Both the position numbers and the translations under genes were made by a program. A DNA stretch of 64,000 bases from the NCBI GenBank assembly GCA_002269645.1, contig NIVC01003176.1:50046-114045 (forward strand). Reading direction: 5' to 3'. The notes beneath the pieces were generated by a model. The model was not told the DNA's origin. It did not search any database and worked only from the letters and a program-made list of their open reading frames with translations. Positions 10,823-59,400 of the stretch are shown in pieces (within the stretch, counting starts at the first letter, position 1; every line of letters begins with the position of its first letter). Source of the DNA: Macrostomum lignano. Lineage: Eukaryota.

Positions 10823-13800
10823 GTGATAGGGCAGAAAGAACCCCTAGAACATATAGCCCATCTTTTTGCCAAACTGGTCACTTTCTTTTGCCAAAATGTA
10901 CATCTATTGAAACTTAAAATTCATTTTTGCCAAAGTGTCTTTTGCAAAAAAATCTTTTGCTGAAATAGGTTGCACCTGATTTATGCATGGTCTAGTTCCC
11001 ATAGTTTGGAATATCCTAAATGTGTGCCGGACTAAAATCTCCTACAATTTATTTGGTATGCCAGTGTACACCAATTTTTTATAACCCAAATTATAATTCT
11101 AAGAAAAAACACTTGAGGCTTATTATAAAATTTTGTTTTTTCTAATATTGTGCTGCACCAATTGACCTTTTTTGCTTGTTCATTTTACTTTTTTGCCTTT
11201 TCGCTTTCAAAAAAATTACTTTCTATTTGAATTTGCTTTTATTTCATAATTTTATTCTATAATTGCAGGAACATGTTTGCCACTTTTTTATTATCTATTC
11301 TTATACACCAAATAGGGTCTAGTATGCCAGATTAAAAAAAATAATATGTTAAGATACCAAGTATTTCACAAAAGTCATGGGTGTATGTTAGATTAATCCG
11401 GTATGCCACCTTTCTTCTAGACTTTGGAGTAGGCCCAATGGTCTAGTTTTAATGACACAAAAAATCATGGTTGGTTGATCCCTAAAACAGAATAACATTG
11501 CAAAATGTGAAATCTATAGCTATTAACAGCATCTATAGCTATCTATATAAATTGCAGAATGACTACAGATTCTATTAACTTTAAGAAAAATGCAAATGCA
11601 AGATAGCTAAATGTCTAAGGCTAAAATGCAGTATGAACTATTATATTACAACAATAAAGTCTTCAAAATTTGACCAAATTGCTAAAGAGAAAATTATGAT
11701 AATATTTTCAACACCCATCATTAGCCATATTTTTCATGAGACTGAGAGAACCTAGGCACCTATACTTACATTTTTTATAGGCCTACATATTTTATTTAGT
11801 CCAAAGTTGTGAAGACAAAAACAACAATAATATTGAAATGACAGTTGACAATGCCCTATCTATAGGCCTAGTAAAACTTGTACAAGACTACAATTGCAAA
11901 ACAGCAATGCTAGCATAGTACATTGTCATTTGTCAATACTACTTACAATACAATAATGGTAGGGCCTACACCACGTCACCACCTAGCCTGAAGCCACTAG
12001 TTTTTGACTTTTTGTTGATTAAATTGACTCAATCTAGGCCCTATCTAAATCTAGTGAATCCAATAATAAGCTTTAAATGGCTAGCACGTGCAGAATTCAC
12101 ACATGAACTAAGACTGTATAAATGGCAATGCAAAACGCACAAGTGCCTTGTCAGTTTCAATTCAATGTCGTCGTATGTAAACAAATCAATGTGAATTTAT
12201 AGCGGCAACAATCGAAGGCTTGGGCCTTTTCATATTGCTTGTTCTGGTTCCAGAACCAGAACCAATTTGTGAAGTATAACTTTTTGTCTCCATAACTAGA
12301 GGGAGATACGTGCTATAAAGTTTTTATTATTGAATGACAATCGCCAAAAAGAAAGTGAAAAATTGTGCTGAGGTTGTTAAGGCAGTCAAACATACAACAG
12401 AATTAAATAGTTATACTCCTGTTTTTCTTGGAAGATCCGAACCGATTCTGATTCTGGAATTGGTAATATGAAAAGCCTCCTTGATATTAATAAACACCAA
12501 GACACTTAAAAAAATAATATCAGATTGGGCAAATATTTCTACCAAAGTTATAAAACATGTTTTAAAGTGTACTACACAAGGTAGAAAGCTAAATATTAGT
12601 TTTTAAAAAATAAAAACAAGTAGCAGAATCTCAATGAAACATAGAAACTTGATCTGGAGTTTGTTATTATAAAACGATGTGTACTTAACCTAATCCAATC
12701 GAATTTGCTATTGATGTTAACGGTAATTTAAAAGTTCTTACAGGCCAAAAAGTATGGCCCAATTTTTTTTGCCCACGCGGCTGAGAGGGGCATGCATGCC
12801 CCCCTTGCACTAGGATCCAACACTGATTGGAATCCAGCAGCCAGGCCTTCCTACGGGAAATCTGGTCGGAATCCAACGACCTATGGTACATGTATATGCA
12901 GACCAATTAACTTAATCCCGTCAAATTCCAACCGTCGAATTCCGACCAAATTTTGCGGAGCACAAGTCTGACTGGATTCCGATGAAGTATTCAGATGACT
13001 AGCTGCAGCATGTTTTTTCATGCAGCGGTTCTCATCATTTGGCGCGAATTCGGCAAAACAATTTTGTGCAAAGTGACTTGATATTCGTTTGCTGAAAATT
13101 AAAGAATTTTTTCTAAAGTTAAGATTCTCGCGAGAATTAGTCAGCTTTATATGTACGCCAAAGACTCAACCCTTACAGAGATAGCAAGCTACAGGCGTCC
13201 AATTCGGTTAATTAATTTCGTATTAAATGCAGTACATGTATCACGTACAAGTTTAGTTATACCTGCTGTACATTTTGAACGCGTACGACCGAATCTGTAA
13301 GACTCCTCCTCAGGTCAAAAAAATCATTCGAATTCTTAAAATGTGTACATTTCAGCAAATGAAAACACACTTCGATCTCAGCAAAGCTTGCAATTACGCT
13401 TACACACCTATGAATAGCTACCTTAGCTTGAGTCCTGCTGTGGCTCACTCTCGATCCCTTGAAAAACAGAGCTCAAGCGTGTACACGTACGAGTATACGA
13501 CGCTGCTTTGTTAGAATTTAATTCAATTAGTTGGACTTGAAAAAGCAATTTCTGCTGCAATTTTATAAAGCCGCGCACACCACTATCACAATTCACAAAG
13601 TGCATAATGCGCATGTACACGTCGGAGTTACCCAAAAATGACTTTATTCTGTGGCAAGTTTGTAAAATTTATATGCTTTAGCACGTGTATGACGCTATTA
13701 TATGTATGATTTTCCAGACAATAGGACAAATATACCAAAAATTATTTTCAAAAAGCATTTCTAAAAAGTACGCGCAAAAGTGAAAGTCCGCAACAATTAA

Positions 13801-13932
13801 ATCATATTCATAAACATTTCGAAAAGCAAGTGCTCATTTTACATTAGTCTGAATATTTACTGTGAAAGATATCTCCTGACTGTTAAAAACTGAATTGCAA
13901 ACAATGAATTATAGTTTTCCACACGATTACTG

Positions 13933-50674
<36,742 letters not shown>

Positions 50675-53472
50675 CTCTTCTAGCTAAGACTTAGATGAAG
50701 TCGCAAGGAGGACTGTTATTTGGCCTTTGCAACCGCCCCAAACACCCAGTCGATCGACCGAGGTGTTTTGGGGGTTTTTCTGACTCGAAACACCGCGTGA
50801 TGTTTTAATAGAATATTTTTTAAAGAACCGATCCAGCACAATCGGATTATAAGAATTCTTTGATTGCGAGGTTATATGTAGGTTACAACTCAGCGAGTCA
50901 GCGATACCGATCGAAAAAGCTTGCGGCGAAACGCGCGTTCGTTGAGCCGTCTCTTACTGGCTTTGGCTAGGGCCTATCTTATCTTTTTATGGGCCTCTCG
51001 ACCCCTTCTCGCCACAGGGGCCCGCCGCCGGCCGGTCTTTCCGATCTTATTCCACCACGTGCGCCCATCCACCTCACCCCTCCTTTCCACGCGTCGACTT
51101 ACACAACCCTAAAGAGAAAACTTCCATTCCACTCTCTCCTGCCCCCGTCCGTTACTTTCACCCTTTCCCCAGAATTGTACATTGCCAGCATGCACATCCA
51201 GAGCTGGCGTGCGCCGCCCACCCCACAGATCTAGCCCAGTAATGTACATATGCTTAGACAAGGTCGATTAGTCAATATGTACACGATTAGTAAAAGGCCC
51301 GAAGAGAAAAAATTCGCGTGACTATCGCTACTATACGCCCTACGTTAGCAAATAAAAAACTGCCCTACTTTTCTAATCTATGAGTAGCCTAATGTCATAG
51401 TAGCGTTTTACGATACACCTTATTAAGCTACGAGGTTAAAATTACTAAGATTATTATTATTACACTCGTCCGTATTGGAGAACCGCAAAGATTTCTTAAC
51501 TTTAATCCCTTGACAAAAACCTAAAATTTAATACTAAATTTATGTAGCTAGCTCGAGCTAATGATGCTATTTTCAGTCTTCTAATGTCAAATGATAAAAA
51601 AAGAAAAAATAGACTTTTCATCAAGCAATTGAAGCGAACCCGAATACACTACAGATTAACCATAGAACAGTGTAACGCAACAATAACATATTTATATATT
51701 TAAAAAATAAACCAATATAACTGTGTCCTCATTTTTATCATGTGATCATCAGACCAAACTCGTAATAAGATTCGTACTTTAAACAGTACACACACAACCT
51801 TTCTAGACATGTACTCATGCGTGTAAAAACTGAATCGCTAAAACATGTTGACACCTTGACCTTATTTGTGTATGAAAAATTGTTGCACCAAGGACCAATT
51901 TACTATGTAAATAAAAACATGTATACTAAGCTAATAAAATACTATCATTGAAATAACAATAATCGATGTAAACTTGTTCTGACCAAACTTGTCTTAATTA
52001 AAACACCGACGCCTAATAGTTAGAAAAAAGTGTGCAAAATATAAAAACAGTCAATAATACCAACTTATTAAAAGCAACAGGCGAAACGGCAAATTTTGTG
52101 ACCCCTATAGTAAACTTTTAAGAAAAAACTAGACTGCTTTAGCGGGATGTAACAAGTAAAAATGAAGAGTAAAATTTACACAATTCCTAAATAAAATATT
52201 TCAATATCAACATTAGCAATAGAAGATAATTAACAGGTAAAAAATCTCCAACCATCTTCATTGCGGTAGATTTACATGTAAACTTCAATCTGGTGCCAAA
52301 ATTAAAGGATAAATTCATATTTTATAATTCAAAATTAATAAACTGGACATTGGAATTTAAACAACGGGTTGAGCCAGAGATTTTGGAAAACAACTTTTTT
52401 TCCGCACCAATTTAAATCATTAATACGATAAAACAAATAAACCACTGTTTGTTAACTTGAAATCGTTGCAGAAAATTAACAACCCTCACAGCTAAACAAA
52501 CAAAAATAATTTGAAAACCAAATCAAAGAAAGTTTGCCAACAAAAAGCAACACGAAAAATCTGGATTGGCACAAAGAATTTAAACGGATTTTGATTAGGT
52601 TGGAATCAATAAAAATACACAGGAAGCAAATCAACAATCGTCACTATTGTAGTTAAACAAAACCGATAGATTTCTAAGAAATGTTTCAAAAGTTCGTTAA
52701 AACAAATACCAACATTGATTTGATCAACAATCATTTGATTGAATTTGACAACCAGATCGAGGCGCGCACAATTCAGAAGAGAGAATTTATTGCATATTGA
52801 AAGGCACGAAGACGGATCGGTAAGGCATTAAATTAATGATTCATAATTGGTAATGATGATAAACATCGATAATATTACTGTAATATTGGCATATTGCACA
52901 GCCGACTATGATGAGTGAAATCTGTAGCTAGAAATCGCGCTAAATAAGGCAAATAGGTGTATGATAGAAAAATGTATTTTTTGTCAATAAAAGTGGAAGC
53001 TTAAGAACAGACAATAGAAAATTATTAATATCTAACTAACTACAGACACAACCAATTGTCCAAAATTAAAGAAAATTAAAAAAGTACAAACTTCCAGGCA
53101 AATAAAAATACAAAAAAATACCTAAGCCTGATCGCCGAATAACAAGAGAATTTTCATATTTTAAAGATTCGAGACTCTGGGCTACGGAATGGCAGATTTC
53201 TAGATCTGGGATTACACATTTGGGATTTGGGACTCTCTCAGATTCAGTATTTCGAAATTTGGGATTTCGGACTCCTAGACAAGGGATTCTCAAAGTTGGG
53301 ATTTGAAATTTGAGACTCCCAGCTACGGGATACCTAAATTTGGGGATTTGGTATCCGGGACTCCCTCCGAGCTGCGGAATTTTGGATTCTTGAAATTTGG
53401 GATTTGAGTCTCTCCCAGCTTTGGGATGAAAAACTTTTTTGCGTCGACTTTGAGACAGATGATTTTATTAAA

Positions 53473-56400
53473 TCACAGCCTTTTGCTGTCGCTAGCAGCA
53501 GCTGGCACTTGCCGTTTCCATTTCCATTGCTGCCTCTTGTTGCCAGGCTTACAACTGGCCAGAGTGAGTTTATTACCTGGCGAAGCTTCCATACAGAGGC
53601 CTCTTAAAGCGTGATAAATGCTGCCATCGGATCGATAGCGCCACTCCTGATTGCCGCGGCCGCCGTGACAATTGTAGATGATGACATTGTCACCGCCTGG
53701 AAAGTCTACGCAGCCTTCGTCCCGCCGAATTTCGCCGTTCTTAGACAGCATCCAGAACTGATTGCCGCCCTGGCCGTGACAGGGCCAGAGCTTCACGATG
53801 GTCCTGCCGGACTCGTGATGACTCACTGGCGAGTCAATGCAGTACGGCACCGCGGCGTTCTCGATGGGACCTCGGGCCAGAGCGTGTCTGGGCAGGAACA
53901 GTTCGGGGTAGACGGTGTCCAAATACCACTGGAAACTGCGGCAGCCAAGTCGCTGGCGGAGTGCTTTGCGTTCAGACACGTCGCCGTAATTTCCCTGGCG
54001 TAAATGGGATTTTGGAGATTCTTTTTAATTTAAACTAATTGCAGTTAAGACAAACAAGATAAGCCAGGGGTAGATGATAATGATTGGATCTGAGTAGGGA
54101 TCGATGGGATCAAAGTAGGAATCGATGGGATCAGAGTAGGGATCCATGGGATCAGAGTAGGGATCCATGGGATCAGAGTAGGGATCCATGGGATCAGAGT
54201 AGGGATCCATGGGATCAGAGTAGGGATCAATGGGATCAGAGTAGGGATCAATGGGATCAGAGTAGGGATCAATGGGATCAGAGTAGGGATCCATGGGAAC
54301 AGAGTATGGATTAATCGGATCAGAGTATGGATTGATAGGATCAGAGTATGGATCAATCGGATCAGAGTATGGATTGATAGGATCAGAGTATGGATCAATC
54401 GGATCAGAGTATGGATTGATAGGATCAGAGATGAGGATTCAAGTAAAGATGTATTTCGCAAATATAAATCTGTTGAAAATCCTTTTGGCCTTGATAATTT
54501 GATGTTAAGCTAAAAATGATAAAATTATTAAAGCCAGACATAAACAAACGAAACAAACCGGTTTTGACTAGTTAAAGAATTCGAGAAAGCTTAGCAAATA
54601 AAATAAAAGATCAAAAAAACACATGATAATACGCCTAACTTGAATCTCAAGCCGGTTATAATAGAATTTAGCAGCCGAAACAGCGTGCATTAATAGCATT
54701 AATGGCTATGACATGTCTCAACGTGCGCAAGTGGCGGTGTTACAACAAATAAGCTCTTTCGCGCGCATCTACTAGCTATGGAAATGTTATTATTTATCTG
54801 AGACAAATATAGATCCAGGCATTTGCTAAAATTTGCACTGATTTTAAATCGACAACATTTAGTAAATTGAATGAAAAATTTCTATACTAAACCAGCTACA
54901 GAGAGGGCGCCAGCTACAGAGAGGGCGCCAGCTACAGAGAGGAGGCGCCAGCTACAGAGGGGAGGCGCCAGCTACAGAGGGTAGGCGCCAGTTACAGAGG
55001 GGAGGCGCCAGCTACAGAGGGGGCGCCAGCTACAGAGGGGCGCCAGCTACAGAGGCGGCGCCAGCTACAGAGGGGAGGCGCCAGCTACAGAGGGGGCGCC
55101 AGCTACAGAGGGGCGCCAGCTACAGAGGCGGCGCCAGCTACAGAGGGGAGGCGCCAGCTACAGAGAGGAGGCGCCAACTACAGAGGGGGCGCCAGCTACA
55201 GAGGGGGCGCCAGCTACAGAGGGGAGGCGCCAGCTACAGAGAGGAGGCGCCAGCTACAGAGGGGGCGCCAGCTACAGAGGGGGCGCCAGCTACAGAGGGG
55301 GTGCCAGCTACAGAGAGGCGCCAGCTACAGAGGGGGCGCCAGCTACAGAGAGGCGCTAGCTACAGAGGGGGCGCCAGCTACAGAGGGAACGCCAGTGAGG
55401 GGGCGGCAGCTACAAAGGGGGCGCCAGCTACAGAGAGGCGCCAGCTACAGGGGCGCCAGCTACAGAGAGGCGCCAGCTACAGAGGGGGCGCCAGCTACAG
55501 AGGGAACGCCAGCTTCAGAGGGGGCGGCAGCTACAGAGGCGGCGCCAGCTACAGAGGGGAGGCGCCAGCTACAGAGGGGAGGCGCCAGCTACAGAGGGGG
55601 CGGCAGCTACAGAGGCGGCGCCAGCTACAGAGGGGAGGCGCCAGCTACAGAGGGGAGGCGCCAGCTACAGAGGGAACGCCAGCTTCAGAGGGGGCGGCAG
55701 CTACAAAGGGGGCGCCAGCTACAGAGAGGCGCCAGCTACAGAGGGGGCGCCAGCTACAGAGAGGCGCCAGCTAAAGAGGGGGCGCCAGCTACAGAGGGAA
55801 CGCCAGCTTCAGAGGGGGCGGCAGCTACAAAGGGGGCGCCAGCTACAGAGGGGCGCCAGCTACAGAGGGCCTTGCTGAATATAAAGACAAAACTGAAGCT
55901 GAAATTTGCAGTCAAAGCATTATGCTCAGGCAATGAGATAATTTGCCTACCTTTCCCCCTACTCTCTCGTAGTAGATAGTCGCGTACTCGTCCATCCACA
56001 CGTCAGCCAGTCGCACAGAATTCTTTTTCAACACGCTGCCGGTGCCCCAACTGTAGGGCGAGCGCTTCCGAAAGATGTGACCAACAATGGAGCAGGGCAC
56101 AATCTCCAGGGTGCCGCCGCACATCCAAATTTTGAAGCTAATCTCTAAATTCTCTCCGCCCCAGATGTCGAATCCGGGATCGTAGCTGCCCAGATGGGCA
56201 AAGTATTTCCTGGAAATGGAGAACAGTCCGCCAGCCATGGTGGGGCTGCGAACCGGATCGATCCTACTTAGCCGGCGCTTCCTGTCGCGCTCGGGCACAA
56301 CGTGCCAATTGAATTGTAAATTCCAGTCGAATCCGCCAACACTCATCGAGTCTAAATTAGTTGCCGTGGACATTGCCAAGGTGCTATCGCTGATCACTTC

Positions 56401-59400
56401 GATAGTTGGCGTCACAACGTTTGTCCAGTTGAGCGCGATCCGATGCAGCAGCGGCTCGAGCCAGCCTGTGGGGCATTCGCAATGCGAATCCAGGAATGTC
56501 AGCACAGTGCCTTCGGCTTTGCGGGCTCCCATTAACCTGGCGCGGATTAGGCCTTCGCGCTTGGCTGCCCGAAGGATTCGAACCTGAGTGATGCAAATTA
56601 GGCTACTTTTAGTAGTGTGAGAAGAATTATATTCAACTTTACATTGTATAACTTTACAACTACTTAACTTGAAGGTCAGGGGTTCGATTCTTGATCCCAC
56701 TAGAACAATTTGTGTCCTTGAGCAACACACTGAACTCTGCATTGCTTCAGTTCACCCAGCTGTAAAATGGATGCCAGCATTAGCTGAGGTAATTAAAGGT
56801 GTGCGTGGCGACCCCCCACAGTCCTTGGACTGAACAGCCGCACGCAGCCTTCAGATCAGGTGACAATCACACGCTAATCTAATCAGTGATCAGGTGACAA
56901 TCACACTAATCTAATTAGTGATCAGGTGAAAATCACACTAATCTAATTAGTGATCAGGTGACAATCACACTAATCTAATTAGTGATCAGGTGACAATCAC
57001 ACTAATCTAATCAGTGATCAGGTGACAATCACACTTATCTAATCAGTGATCAGGTGACAATCACACACTAATCTAATCAGTAATCAGGTGACAATCACAC
57101 ACTAATCTAATTAGTGATCAGGTGAAAATCACACTAATCTAATTAGTGATCAGGTTACAATCACACACTAATCTAATCAGTGATCAGGTGACAATCACAC
57201 ACTAATCTAATCGGTGATCAGGTGACAATAACACACTAATCTAATTAGTGATCAGGTGACAATCACACTAATCTAATTAGTGATCAGGTGACAATCACAC
57301 ACTAATCTAATCAGTGATCAGGTGACCATCACACACTAATCTAATCGGTGATCAGGTGACAATCACACACTAATCTAATTAGTGATCAGGTGACAATCAC
57401 ACTAATCTAATTAGTGATCAGGTGACAATCACACACTAATCTAATCAGTGATCAGGTGACAATAACACACTAATCTAATTAGTGATCAGGTGACAATCAC
57501 ACTAATCTAATTAGTGATCAGGTGACAATCAAACACTAATCTAATCAGTGATCGGGTGACAATCACACACTAATCTAATCAGTGATAAGATGACAATCAC
57601 ACAATAATCTGATCAATGATATAAAAATAATTTCAATAAGTAAAACCTTACTTTAGGCGAATAATAACGCATATATTCGGTGAGCGGCCGTTTCAGATGC
57701 TCATATTCGGATGCATCGTCAACTAGAATAATTTCTTTAATAAGACTAGGCGGAGACCGATTGATAACCGAGTGCACAGTGCGCAGGAGCACTGACCAGG
57801 CCTCGTTGTGGAAGCAGATAATTACAGATGTGTCCGGCAGAGGACCCGGGTATCTGCAGTTTTAGGGGAAAGAGCGCCTGTTTTTATAAGGCAATTTTGT
57901 AAGCAGTTCGTGTAAATGAAAAAGGGGTGTTTATTAGTGACTATTGCAGGTAGCTTACGTGTGAATAAAAGGGGTGTTTATTAGTGACTATTGCAGGTAG
58001 CTTACGTGTGAATAAAAGGGGTGTTTATTAGTGACTATTGCAGGTAGCTTATGTGTGAATAAAAGGGGTGTTTATTAGTGACTATTGCAGGTAGTTTACG
58101 TGTGAATAAAAGGGGTGTTTATTAGTGACTATTGCAGGTAGCTTATGTGTGAATAAAAGGGGTGTTTATTAGTGACTATTGCAGGTAGCTTATGTGTGAA
58201 TAAAAGGGGTGTTTATTAGTGACTATTGCAGGTAGCTTATGTGTGAATAAAAGGGGTGTTTATTAGTGACTATTGCAGGTAGCTTACGTGTGAATAAAAG
58301 GGGTGTTTATTAGTGACTATTGCAGGTAGCTTACGTGTGAATAAAAGGGGTGTTTATTAGTGACTATTGCAGGTAGCTTACGTGTGAATAAAAGGGGTGT
58401 TTATTAGTGACTTTTGCAGGTAGTTTACGTGTGAATAAAAGGGGTGTTTATTAGTGACTATTGCAGGTAGCTTACGTGTGAATAAAAGGGGTGTTTATTA
58501 GTGACTATTGCAGGTAGCTTACGTGTGAATAAAAGGGGTGTTTATTAGTGACTTTTGCAGGTAGTTTACGTGTGAATAAAAGGGGTGTTTATTAGTGACT
58601 ATTGCAGGTAGCTTATGTGTGAATAAAAGGGGTGTTTATTAGTGACTATTGCAGGTAGCTTATGTATGAATAAAAGGGGTGTTTATTAGTGACTTTTGCA
58701 GGTAGTTTACGTGTGAATAAAAGGGGTGTTTATTAGTGACTATTGCAGGTAGCTTATGTGTGAATAAAAGGGGTGTTTATTAGTGACTATTGCAGGTAGC
58801 TTATGTGTGAATAAAAGGGGTGTTTATTAGTGACTATTGCAGGTAGTTTACGTGTGAATAAAAGGGGTGTTTATTAGTGACTATTGCAGGTAGCTTATGT
58901 GTGAATAAAAGGGGTGTTTATTAGTGACTATTGCAGGTAGCTTACGTGTGAATAAAAGGGGTGTTTATTAGTGACTATTGCAGGTAGCTTACGTGTGAAT
59001 AAAAGGGGTGTTTATTAGTGACTATTGCAGGTAGCTTATGTGTGAATAAAAGGGGTGTTTATTAGTGACTATTGCAGGTAGTTTACGTGTGAATAAAAGG
59101 GGTGTTTATTAGTGACTATTGCAGGTAGCTTATGTGTGAATAAAAGGGGTGTTTATTAGTGACTATTGCAGGTAGCTTATGTGTGAATAAAAGGGGTGTT
59201 TATTAGTGACTATTGCAGGTAGCTTATGTGTGAATAAAAGGGGTGTTTATTAGTGACTATTGCAGGTAGCTTACGTGTGAATAAAAGGGGTGTTTATTAG
59301 TGACTATTGCAGGTAGCTTACGTGTGAATAAAAGGGGTGTTTATTAGTGACTATTGCAGGTAGCTTACGTGTGAATAAAAGGGGTGTTTATTAGTGACTT

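Noticed and set aside
12241-12262. 10-bp inverted repeat gttctggttc/gaaccagaac, and the palindrome ggggcatgcatgcccc near 12790
   Set aside because: Too short, with no further element structure visible.
50700-53400. Additional gene in the GALNT-LRRK2 intergenic region
   Set aside because: AT-rich with only short ORFs and no recognisable motifs or exon chain.
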